From Gemmatimonadales bacterium (GTDB lineage Bacteria; Gemmatimonadota; Gemmatimonadetes; Gemmatimonadales; GWC2-71-9), in the NCBI GenBank assembly GCA_035518815.1, contig DATIXG010000060.1, positions 64,881 through 128,880 on the forward strand: a stretch of DNA of 64,000 nucleotides. Reading direction: 5' to 3'. Shown here one piece after another: positions 24,047 to 32,552 of this stretch; the first letter of the stretch is position 1, and every line of letters starts with the position of its first letter. Position numbers and translations under genes: made by a program. The notes beneath the pieces were generated by a model. That model did no database searches, had not been told where the DNA came from, and was given only the letters and a program-made list of their open reading frames with translations.

Positions 24047-25426
24047 TCATCCTGCCACGGTCCGGGGCGGCTCGAGACCGAGCCGGCGCATGCGGCGGTA
24101 GAGATTCGCGCGGTCGGTGGACAGCTTGCGTGCCGCGTCGGCCACGTTGCCCTGGGCTGCCGACAGGGCGCGCGCGATCAGTGTGCGCTCGTAGCGGTCG
24201 AGCGCCTGGGACAGCTCCAGGTCCGTCCACGCCCCACCGTCGACGGCGACGTCCGCGCCTGCCTCGGGCGGCAACACGCGCGTCACGTCGTCCGCGGTGA
24301 TCACGTCGCCGGTGGCGAGGATCGTCAGCCGCTCGATGATGTTCGCCAGCTCACGCACGTTCCCCGGCCAGCCGTAGGCCACGAGGAGTTGCAGTGCCCC
24401 GGCGTCGATCCTCGCCAACCGGCCCAGGCGCGCCTGGTGCCGGGCGAGGAAATGGTGGACGAGGGGGGCCACGTCCTCCGCGCGCTGCCGCAACGGTGGA
24501 ATGTGAATCGGGAGCACGTTGAGACGGAACAGCAGGTCTTCGCGGAACTGCCCGTTCTGCACCGCCCGCGCCAGATCCTTGTTCGTCGCTGCGATCACGC
24601 GCACGTTCACCGCGACAGGCTTCTCGGCGCCGAGCCGCTCAATCACGCCCGTCTCGAGGACGCGGAGCAGCTTGGCCTGCGCGTCGAGGCTCAGGTCGCC
24701 CACCTCGTCGAGGAACAGCGTGCCTTGATCGGCGAGCTCGAACCGGCCGACGCGTCGCTCCGTGGCGCCGGTGAAGGCGCCGCGCTCATGGCCGAACATC
24801 TCCGACTCGACGAGGTCCTTCGGGATCGCCGCGCTGTTGACGCACACAAAGGGACGCGCCGCGCGCGTGCTGTTGCGATGAATCGCGGATGCCACGAGCT
24901 CCTTGCCCGTGCCCGACTCCCCCGTGATGAGCACCCGGGCTTCAGTGGGCGCCACGCGGCCAATCATCGCCCGCAGGTCCTCCAGCGCCTGGCTCACTCC
25001 CACCAGCGGATCGCTGTGCCCCAGCGCTTCGTGCAGCCGCCGGTTTTCGGCGCGCGCGCGAGACAGCTCGAGGGCGCTGCGCAGGGCCACGAGCAGACCC
25101 TCGGGCGTCAATGGCTTCTCGAGAAACTGAAAAGCGCCGAGCTTCGTGGCCCGCACCGCGTCCGCCAGATTCGCCTTGCCGCTCATCATGACGACCGGCA
25201 CGTCGGGCGCCCGCAGCTTCAGCTGCTCGAGCGTGGCGAGGCCGTCGGGGCCGCCCGGCATCATCAGATCGAGCAGGATCGCGTCGGGCGCGGCCGCGTC
25301 AAGCCCGGCGAGTGCCGCGCTCCCGTTGGACGCCTCCGCGGTCTCGAATCCCTCCATCTCGAGCAGGGCGCGCACCATGCGGCGGATGTTCGCCTCGTCG
25401 TCCACCACGAGAACCCGCGGGCTCAT
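24047..25426 (-). CDS. sigma54-dependent response regulator (NtrC family)
   Basis: It has a REC domain (VLVVDDE..), an AAA+ domain (GESGTGKE, ESEMFGHERGAFTGA i.e. a GAFTGA loop) and a C-terminal HTH. Confidence 0.9.
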   Translation of the reverse strand: MSPRVLVVDDEANIRRMVRALLEMEGFETAEASNGSAALAGLDAAAPDAILLDLMMPGGPDGLATLEQLKLRAPDVPVVMMSGKANLADAVRATKLGAFQFLEKPLTPEGLLVALRSALELSRARAENRRLHEALGHSDPLVGVSQALEDLRAMIGRVAPTEARVLITGESGTGKELVASAIHRNSTRAARPFVCVNSAAIPKDLVESEMFGHERGAFTGATERRVGRFELADQGTLFLDEVGDLSLDAQAKLLRVLETGVIERLGAEKPVAVNVRVIAATNKDLARAVQNGQFREDLLFRLNVLPIHIPPLRQRAEDVAPLVHHFLARHQARLGRLARIDAGALQLLVAYGWPGNVRELANIIERLTILATGDVITADDVTRVLPPEAGADVAVDGGAWTDLELSQALDRYERTLIARALSAAQGNVADAARKLSTDRANLYRRMRRLGLEPPRTVAG

Positions 25427-26613
25427 GCGGGGAAGACCATGGTAAAGGTCGCTCCGCCTCCCGGGGTGTCGCCCAACCGGATCGTGCCACCGTGCGCGTC
25501 GAGCGTCTGGCGCACCAGCGCGAGCCCGAGCCCCGTGCCGTCCTCCTTGGTGGTGAAGTACGGCTCGAATACGCGCTGGCCGATCTCCGCGGGCACGCCC
25601 GGCCCGTGGTCCGCCACCTTCACCACCAGGCCCGCGTCGTCGCTCGTCACGGCGACGTCGATTCTCCCCCGGCCCCCCATCGCCTCGGCGGCGTTGCGCA
25701 GCAGGTTCGAGAACGCCCGGCGTAGCGGATCGTAGTGCCCGCGCAGCGTGCGGCGGCCACCGTTCGCGCTCACGACCACGGCTACGCCCTCAGGCACGCT
25801 CGTGCGACCCAGCTCCTCGAGCAGCTCGACCACGTCGACCTCGCTCTGGGGTCCCTCCGGCAAGCGGCCGAAGTCGGCGAACTCCCGCGCCAGCCGATCG
25901 AGGCGCTCGGTCTCCGCTGCCATCACGTCGACCGCGACGCCGCTCCGTCCCTCGAGCGGCGCTTCGGGACGCCGCAGCTGATCCACGGCGATCCGCATCG
26001 CCGTGAGCGGATTCTTGATCTCGTGTGCCACCCGCCGCGCCACTTCCCGGAACGCTCGGAGCCGCACGGCTTCGAGCTCCCGCTCGTGCGCCGCCTCGAG
26101 CGCGCTCGCCAGCTCGCGCAGCGCCTGCCGGAGTGCCTCGAATTCGGGAGCGCCGCGCGACGCCGGGCCGACCGGAAGCGGCAGGCGACGCCTGATCAGC
26201 CGCGTCCACCCCACCAGCTCGTCGATTGGCCGGGAGAGCTGTCGCGACAGATGTCCCACCAGGCGCACGGCCGCGAACAGCACCAACGCGCCGAGCACGA
26301 CCACCACCGCGACGAATCCACCCGCGTAGTAGCGGAAATAGGTCTCGGCCCGCCGCGCCAGCGTGACCGAGGTCGAGATCTCGCCGAGGTGCGTCCGCAT
26401 CGCCTCTCGCTCGGCGGGCGCGAGACGCACCGTGTCCACCTGCTCGAGCATCCGGCGCGCGGACTGCGCCACCTGCTCAAGCGAGGCCCGCGCTCCCGCC
26501 GACGGGGCCGCCGCCCGCACCGCCAGCGCCCACCCGATCACGGCCAGAAACGTCGGCACGGCCGTCACGGCCGCCAGTACGAGGAAAATCCGCTGCCGAA
26601 ACGAAAGCGGCAT
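25423..26613 (-). CDS. sensor histidine kinase (NtrY/NtrB-like)
   Basis: Starting at MPLSFRQRIF.., it has two TM segments, a HAMP-like linker, the H-box VAHEIKNPLT, N/G boxes and ..GTGLGLA... It overlaps the regulator gene by 4 nt. Confidence 0.85.
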   Translation of the reverse strand: MPLSFRQRIFLVLAAVTAVPTFLAVIGWALAVRAAAPSAGARASLEQVAQSARRMLEQVDTVRLAPAEREAMRTHLGEISTSVTLARRAETYFRYYAGGFVAVVVVLGALVLFAAVRLVGHLSRQLSRPIDELVGWTRLIRRRLPLPVGPASRGAPEFEALRQALRELASALEAAHERELEAVRLRAFREVARRVAHEIKNPLTAMRIAVDQLRRPEAPLEGRSGVAVDVMAAETERLDRLAREFADFGRLPEGPQSEVDVVELLEELGRTSVPEGVAVVVSANGGRRTLRGHYDPLRRAFSNLLRNAAEAMGGRGRIDVAVTSDDAGLVVKVADHGPGVPAEIGQRVFEPYFTTKEDGTGLGLALVRQTLDAHGGTIRLGDTPGGGATFTMVFPA

Positions 26614-26694
26614 ATTTCGTCCGGAAGCCAATCTAGGGCCATGTCCCGGGTGCGACAATTCGACACGGAAGCCAACGGCAGGGAGGGAGCAGGG

Positions 26695-27114
26695 ATGAAG
26701 AGCCATACGCACTACCTCTGGTTCACCACCAAGCGCCGTCAGGAGATCATTGACGTCACGGATGACGTCGCGGCGCAGGTGGCCGCGAGCGCGGTGCGTG
26801 AGGGCGTCGTGCTCGTCAGTGCCATGCACATCACCGCCTCCGTGTTCGTCAACGATCACGAGTCGGGCCTGTGGCAGGACATTCTCCACTGGCTCGAGGA
26901 ATCGATCGCGCCGTGGGATCCGGAGCGCTACCACCACAACGAGACGGGCGAGGACAACGCGGCCGCCCACCTGCGCAGTCTCACCATCGGTCACGAGGTC
27001 ATTGTACCGATCACGGCGGGGAAGCTCGACCTGGGCCCCTGGCAGCGGGTTTTCTATGGGGAATGGGATGGGCAACGCCGTAAACGGGTGATTATCAAGG
27101 TCCTGGGCGACTGA
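26695..27114 (+). CDS. yjbQ: YjbQ/UPF0047 family protein (secondary thiamine-phosphate synthase-type)
   Basis: MKSHTHYLWFTTKRRQEIIDVTDDV..HITASV..NAAAHL..LGPWQRVFYGEWDG is the family pattern. GGAGG-rich sequence precedes ATG 26695. Confidence 0.85.
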   Translation: MKSHTHYLWFTTKRRQEIIDVTDDVAAQVAASAVREGVVLVSAMHITASVFVNDHESGLWQDILHWLEESIAPWDPERYHHNETGEDNAAAHLRSLTIGHEVIVPITAGKLDLGPWQRVFYGEWDGQRRKRVIIKVLGD

Positions 27115-27451
27115 CACCCCTTTTTCTTTCGCCGCAAGTTGTTTAATTTCAATACACTGATAGAAGCGGCAGGGATGGGGGTGGCGTCGGGCATCAGGCG
27201 GCGCTTGACGACTCCGGCATGAGAGCCGGGGATCGCTCGCTGGCGCGCCGAGGTGGTTTCGGCGGCCCACCCAGCATCGAACCTGCCGAATACAACACGA
27301 CGGGCGACGAGTTATTGAACGCGTTCCAACGCGCTGTCGCCGCACACATACAGCCAGACCCGGCGGTGTTGCCGCGAGACCCTCGTCCATCGTTCATGGA
27401 TGAGGGGCGCGGGACGCTGCGCCGGCTCGGGCGAACCACGAGTACAACCAC

Positions 27452-29332
27452 ATGATGCAACAACAGCCGCACGCCCACATCGCACGGCCTGCCCACAAAG
27501 AACCACCGCCTCACGCCCCCAATGCCGCGCTCATGATCGACTTCGACAACGTGACCATGGGCATCCGCTCGGACCTGCAGTCGGAGTTGAAGCGCTTGCT
27601 CCAGTCCGAGATCATCCGGGGCAAGGTTGCGGTGCAACGGGCCTACGCCGACTGGCGCCGCTACCCGCAATACATTGTCCCTCTCTCCGAATCGTCGATC
27701 GACCTGATCTTCGCACCTGCCTACGGCTCCAACAAGAAAAACGCCACCGACATTCGCCTCGCGATCGATGCGCTCGAGCTGGTGTTCACGAGACCCGAGA
27801 TCGGGACGTTCATTCTCCTGTCCGGGGACAGCGATTTCTCATCGCTCGTGCTCAAGCTGAAGGAATACGGCAAATACGTGATCGGAGTCGGGATCCGCGA
27901 ATCCTCGAGTGATCTCCTGATCCAGAACTGCGACGAGTACTACTCGTACAACGAGCTGGCGGGCCTGACCAAGGAATCGGAAGTGACGCTCGAGCGGCGC
28001 GATCCCTGGGAGCTCGTGGTCGAAGCCGTGAAGCAGATGACGGCCCACAACGACGTGATGCGCTCGGATCGCTTGAAGCAGGTGATGCAGGAAATCGATC
28101 CTTCTTTCAACGAGAAAGACGCGGGCTTCTCGCGGTTCAGCAAGTTCGTGCTCGAGGCTGCGCACCGGGGCCTCGTGTCGCTCACCAAGCTCGACAACGG
28201 CCAATACGAGCTGGCGCTCGGCCCCGATGTCCTGGGCGCGGCGGCGAATCCCTCGGCTGCGCGTGAACATGCGGCCCCCGCGCGGCGCGAGCGCCAGTCA
28301 GCCGGAACGGGAGAGGGCAACGGACGCACTCGGCGCGGGTCGGGATTCTCGCTCGGCGAGGCGTTCGGGCTCCTGAAGCAGGCGCTCGGCCGCCTCGGGG
28401 CGGGTGAGCACACCGTGACCGCCGACGAAGTCCGCGAGACGATGATCGAGATCAAAGGCGGCGAGGCAGGACCGCTCGAGGCGGAGCGATTCCCCAAGCT
28501 CCTCCGCCAGGCGCACGATGCCGAGATCATCGATCTCTCGAAGGTCGATGACGGCGCCTATGCCGTGAAACTCCGGGAATCGGCAGCCGCACCGGAAGTC
28601 GAGGCCGGGCCACCGGCGGAATCCGTCCCCATGGACGACACAGTTGGCGCGGCGCCTGCGTCTCCGGCGACCGGACCGGGTGCCACGCCCGCCGGCGTTC
28701 CATCCCGTAGCGCGCGCTTCCGGCGTGGCTCGCGGGGGGGACGCGTTCCGCCGCCCGAGATCCCCAGGATCGGGGTGGTCGAAGTCGACCCGAATTTCAA
28801 GCCACGCGTCGATCTCACCCCAGCCAAGCGCCCAAGCGCTGAACCGGGGATGGCCGGCACCCCCACCCCGGGGATGGGGGAGGCGGCTCGAGGGGCAGGA
28901 GGGTTTGGCGCGGGGCGCGTGGACGACGCTCGCAGCGGCGAGCGTGAGGACCGCGGGGCCCGCGGGGGTCGTGGAGGTCGGGGCGGGGGAGGGCGCGGTG
29001 GTCGGGGCAGCGCAGGGCGAGAAGGTCAGCCCCCTCGCAGTCATGAGGGAGCCGAGCGCGAGGGCGGAGGACGGAGCCGCGGCCGGCGCGGTGGCCGGGG
29101 ACGCGGCGGACGACGGCGCAATGGAGAGCCGGGGTCTGAGCGGCCAGCGGAGCGAACCGAACTCGGGGATGCATCGCAGCGCACGCGGGCGCCGTTTACC
29201 CCGGTTCCCACGCCTGCCCCAACGCCGGCTCCCACACGCCTGGCGGCGCCCCCTGCCGCGGCGCCCGCCGACGAGTCGGATGGCGAATCGTTCTGGACCA
29301 AGGTAAAGCGCGGGCTCACCGGCGGCGCGTGA
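27452..29332 (+). CDS. NYN (LabA-like) ribonuclease domain protein with two OST-HTH/LOTUS domains and an RGG-rich tail
   Basis: It has an NYN core (MIDFDNV..NATDIRLAIDA..LLSGDSDFSSLV..GVG) and two LOTUS-like segments (..FSRFSKFVLEAAHRGLVSL.. and ..RFPKLLRQAHDAEIIDL..). The C-terminus is rich in RGG/GRG repeats. Confidence 0.85.
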   Translation: MMQQQPHAHIARPAHKEPPPHAPNAALMIDFDNVTMGIRSDLQSELKRLLQSEIIRGKVAVQRAYADWRRYPQYIVPLSESSIDLIFAPAYGSNKKNATDIRLAIDALELVFTRPEIGTFILLSGDSDFSSLVLKLKEYGKYVIGVGIRESSSDLLIQNCDEYYSYNELAGLTKESEVTLERRDPWELVVEAVKQMTAHNDVMRSDRLKQVMQEIDPSFNEKDAGFSRFSKFVLEAAHRGLVSLTKLDNGQYELALGPDVLGAAANPSAAREHAAPARRERQSAGTGEGNGRTRRGSGFSLGEAFGLLKQALGRLGAGEHTVTADEVRETMIEIKGGEAGPLEAERFPKLLRQAHDAEIIDLSKVDDGAYAVKLRESAAAPEVEAGPPAESVPMDDTVGAAPASPATGPGATPAGVPSRSARFRRGSRGGRVPPPEIPRIGVVEVDPNFKPRVDLTPAKRPSAEPGMAGTPTPGMGEAARGAGGFGAGRVDDARSGEREDRGARGGRGGRGGGGRGGRGSAGREGQPPRSHEGAEREGGGRSRGRRGGRGRGGRRRNGEPGSERPAERTELGDASQRTRAPFTPVPTPAPTPAPTRLAAPPAAAPADESDGESFWTKVKRGLTGGA

Positions 29333-29904
29333 AGCCTCTACCGCCCTCGTTCTACGCGCGACCGACGCATCTGGTCGCGCGTAGGCTTTTGGGGCAGTTG
29401 GTCGTGAGCACGGTCGGTGGCACACGCACGGCCGGCGTCATTGTGGAGACCGAGGCCTACGTCGGTCCGCACGACCCCGCCTGTCACGCCTACGGCAACC
29501 GGCGCACCGCGCGTACCGAGGGCCTGTATGGGCCACCGGGCACCGCCTACGTCTACTTCACCTATGGCATGCACTGGTGTCTGAATGCGGTGACGATGCG
29601 GAGGGACTATCCGGCGGCGGTGCTGATCCGCGCGCTCGAGCCGCTCGAAGGGCTCGCCACCATGCGGCGGCGACGTGGGGATGTGAGAGATCGCGTCCTG
29701 TGCGCGGGGCCCGCGCGGCTCTGCCAGGCGCTCGGCGTCACGGGGAGGCTGAATGGCGTGTCGCTACAGCGGGGCACGTTGAGGATTCTCGAGATGCCAC
29801 GGCGCCGCGCCCGAATCGTCCGCACGCCCCGCGTCGGCATTTCGCGGGCGACCAGCTGGCCGCTTCGTTTTCTCTTCGCTGACTCGCCCTGGGTTACTGC
29901 TTAG
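29329..29904 (+). CDS. DNA-3-methyladenine glycosylase (Mpg/AAG family)
   Basis: FYARPTHLVARRLLG..IVETEAYVGPHDPACHAY..YFTYGMHWCLN is the canonical AAG family pattern. Confidence 0.9.
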   Translation: MKPLPPSFYARPTHLVARRLLGQLVVSTVGGTRTAGVIVETEAYVGPHDPACHAYGNRRTARTEGLYGPPGTAYVYFTYGMHWCLNAVTMRRDYPAAVLIRALEPLEGLATMRRRRGDVRDRVLCAGPARLCQALGVTGRLNGVSLQRGTLRILEMPRRRARIVRTPRVGISRATSWPLRFLFADSPWVTA

Positions 29905-31139
29905 CGCTCGCCGACACCTTCGCGCGCGCTGCCAAAGCTGTAGCGCAGGCCACCCTGAAGCGTGTGGGTCACGCCGCTGATGAGAAACCCGCTCGCACGC
30001 GACGTCAACAGGTAGTGACCGTAGAGGGACATCCGGCCCTGTCGCGCCTCGATCCCCGCCATCCAAAAGAAGAACGCCTTCGAGGAAGCATCCTCCGCCG
30101 CGAGCTGCACGAGCTGCGCGTCCGTCGCGGTGCACGCCGTGCAGGTTGCCACGGGATTCAGGATTTGCACAATCATGAAGCCGGCACCGCCGAACGGCTG
30201 GACGGCCTTTTGGACCGGGAAGGCCAGGACGCCCGCGATGATGCGGCGCATCTCGTTGAACGCCACATTGCCGGGCTCGAGCGTCCCGTCCGGATGGGTG
30301 ATCGTGGCGTGCCGGTCCGACAAGAAGAACGACTGCTCGTAGGCCACGTACAGCGCCGTCCGCTTTGCCGTCACGAGCCAGTGCCCGCCGAACGTCGGCT
30401 CGGCCGAGAACCCGTCGTAGTCCGTATTGAAGGCCACCACGCCGCCCTGCGCGCCCCAGAACCACTGCTGGTGCCACCCTGAGGTCTGGGTCACAATCTT
30501 TTCCTTGGTGGGGGGGGGAGGTGGCAGCGTTCCCCCGGCGGCGAGAATCGAGTCGCGGGTCTCCTTGGGCAGTTCGGGAGCGGCAGGTTCATGGGTCCCC
30601 CCGCCACCCTTGCCGAAGAGGAAGAACGACAAGCCAGCCGAACCCGTGAAGTCGAGGGGCTTGGCCCCGCCCAGGTACTGGTCGAACGAATAGAACGCCT
30701 TGGCCTCGAGCCGCAGGGCCAGCCTCTTCCCGAAGAAAATCTTGTCGCCGATCCCGCCGTGGATCATGTTGAGATCAACGAAGGGGTCCGTACCGCCCCA
30801 ATGCGCCCGGGTGTACCCCCCGATCACGTAGAGATTGTTGTGCTCGCCACCGGAATTGAGCACGAGGCTGGCACCGAACCGCTGGAGCCTGGTCCCGAAG
30901 GCAACGCCCCCGTTGACGCCAGTCGGGCTCGCCATGTCGAAGGTGGTCTCAATGCCGAAGTAATCGCTGAGGTAATAGCCCAGTACCGCGCCGCCACCGA
31001 AGCCGTTGTCGAGGGTGTAGGTGGCGTCGTAGCCGGTGTATGTCCCAAACCCACCTATCTCAAGCTGGTGGCCGTGTTGGGCGCTCAGGTTGGCGGTCCC
31101 AACTGCCAACGCCAGAGCAGCGATCGTGAGTACCCGCAT
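29901..31139 (-). CDS. outer membrane beta-barrel protein, two-lobed
   Basis: It has the signal peptide MRVLTIAALALAVGTANLSAQ and alternating Gly/aromatic beta-strand patterns. The two halves are joined by GKGGGGTHEPAAPELP..GGTLPPPPPTKE. GAGGAG precedes the ATG. Confidence 0.65.
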   Translation of the reverse strand: MRVLTIAALALAVGTANLSAQHGHQLEIGGFGTYTGYDATYTLDNGFGGGAVLGYYLSDYFGIETTFDMASPTGVNGGVAFGTRLQRFGASLVLNSGGEHNNLYVIGGYTRAHWGGTDPFVDLNMIHGGIGDKIFFGKRLALRLEAKAFYSFDQYLGGAKPLDFTGSAGLSFFLFGKGGGGTHEPAAPELPKETRDSILAAGGTLPPPPPTKEKIVTQTSGWHQQWFWGAQGGVVAFNTDYDGFSAEPTFGGHWLVTAKRTALYVAYEQSFFLSDRHATITHPDGTLEPGNVAFNEMRRIIAGVLAFPVQKAVQPFGGAGFMIVQILNPVATCTACTATDAQLVQLAAEDASSKAFFFWMAGIEARQGRMSLYGHYLLTSRASGFLISGVTHTLQGGLRYSFGSAREGVGER

Positions 31140-31337
31140 GGGACAGCTCCTCAGGTAAGGACCCTGGGGGGCAAAAGGCCCCCCAAAACGCACCGAAAAT
31201 AGGGGTTCGTACAAAAAAAGGCGATACCCGAAAAGCTTGTTGAGCGGGGAGTTAAGCCACCAAGCCTTGAAACTACTTGAAGGTAGGTCGCACCAAGGCC
31301 GAACTTATACCGTATATATACCGAAGATTTACCAATT

Positions 31338-31372
31338 TCAGATGAGTCCGAACCAATGTCAGATGAGTCCGA
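31338..31372. repeat. 14-bp direct repeat TCAGATGAGTCCGA (two copies, 21-nt period)
   Basis: The second copy contains the kbl stop codon and last codons. The first copy lies just downstream of kbl. Confidence 0.7.
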
Positions 31373-32552
31373 GTGACTTCCCCACCTTTCCGAAAGCGGC
31401 CAGGGCGAAATCGAGATCGTCCCGAGTGTGAGCTGCGGACACCTGGCACCGCACTCGCGCGTGTCCTTGCGGGACCACCGGATAACCGAACCCCGTCACG
31501 AACACACCCTCGTCCAGCAGCCGTTCGCTCACCTGGATTGCTTGAGCCGTCTCGCCCACGATGACGGGGATAATGGGCGTTTCGCCCGGCAGCGGCTTGA
31601 ACCCCAGGGCGGCCAGCCGTTCCCGGAAGTAGGTGGCGTTGTCGCGGAGGCGTTGCACCATCCCGGGCTGCTCCTCGACTTGGCGGACCGCGGCCAGGGC
31701 ACTGGCGGCGACGGTGGGGGGAATGGCGTTGCTGAAGAGCTGGGGGCGAGCACGCTGGGTGAGGTAGTCGGCCAGCTCCTGCGACCCGGCCACGAACCCA
31801 CCCGCCGCCCCCCCCAGCGCCTTGCCAAGCGTCGAGGTGATCACGTCCACTTCCCCCAACACCCCATGGTGCTCCGCGGCCCCTCTTCCCTGCGCGCCGA
31901 GCACTCCCGTCCCGTGTGAGTCGTCGACCGCGACGATGGCGCCGTGCTGTCGCGCCAATGTCACGATGTCTGCGAGTGGCGCAATGTCTCCTTCCATCGA
32001 GAACACGCCGTCCGTGATGATCAGTTTGAGGCCACGGTCCCGGGCAGCCCGAAGCTTCTCCTCGAGGTCCCCCATATCCGCGTGCCGGTAGACCGCGGAT
32101 TGGCATCGTGTGATCGCCTTGGCCAGGCGGATGGAATCGATGATCGACGCGTGATTCAACTGATCGGAGATGACTACGTCGTTCTCGCCGAGCAGGGTGG
32201 GGCAGAGCCCCTCGTTCGCGTTCCAGCAGCTCGCGAAGGTCAGCGCGGCGTCGCACCCGACCAGCTTGGCGAGCGCCGCCTCCAGGTCACGGTGAATCGT
32301 GAATGTGCCGCAGATGAACCGCACCGAAGCGGTACCCGCGCCGAACGCATCCAGCGCGCGCTTCCCGGCGGTCACTACCGCTGGGTGATTCGCAAGGCCC
32401 AAGTAGTTGTTGGAGGAGAGGATGACGACATCCCCCCGCCCCTCCATCCGAACGCGGGGTCCCTGGGGGGAGGCGAGATAGTTGAGGCGCTTGTACACCC
32501 CCTCCCGCCGGAACTGGTCGAGCTCCGAATGCAGTCGAGCGGTGAGGCTCAT
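31359..32552 (-). CDS. kbl: glycine C-acetyltransferase (2-amino-3-ketobutyrate CoA ligase)
   Basis: ..ILSSNNYLGLANHP..DDSHGTGVLG..TLGKALGG is the alpha-oxoamine synthase pattern. It is coupled to tdh upstream. Confidence 0.93.
   Translation of the reverse strand: MSLTARLHSELDQFRREGVYKRLNYLASPQGPRVRMEGRGDVVILSSNNYLGLANHPAVVTAGKRALDAFGAGTASVRFICGTFTIHRDLEAALAKLVGCDAALTFASCWNANEGLCPTLLGENDVVISDQLNHASIIDSIRLAKAITRCQSAVYRHADMGDLEEKLRAARDRGLKLIITDGVFSMEGDIAPLADIVTLARQHGAIVAVDDSHGTGVLGAQGRGAAEHHGVLGEVDVITSTLGKALGGAAGGFVAGSQELADYLTQRARPQLFSNAIPPTVAASALAAVRQVEEQPGMVQRLRDNATYFRERLAALGFKPLPGETPIIPVIVGETAQAIQVSERLLDEGVFVTGFGYPVVPQGHARVRCQVSAAHTRDDLDFALAAFGKVGKSLGLI

Noticed and set aside
24023-25735. 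A 570-aa ORF on the plus strand.
   Set aside because: It is antisense to the NtrC-type regulator, which shows REC, AAA+ (GAFTGA) and HTH motifs on the minus strand.
27219-27455. A 78-aa ORF in the long leader of the NYN gene.
   Set aside because: It has no SD sequence, has low-complexity Arg/Pro/Thr composition and is in a different frame from the NYN gene. It is kept only as a caveat in the leader finding.
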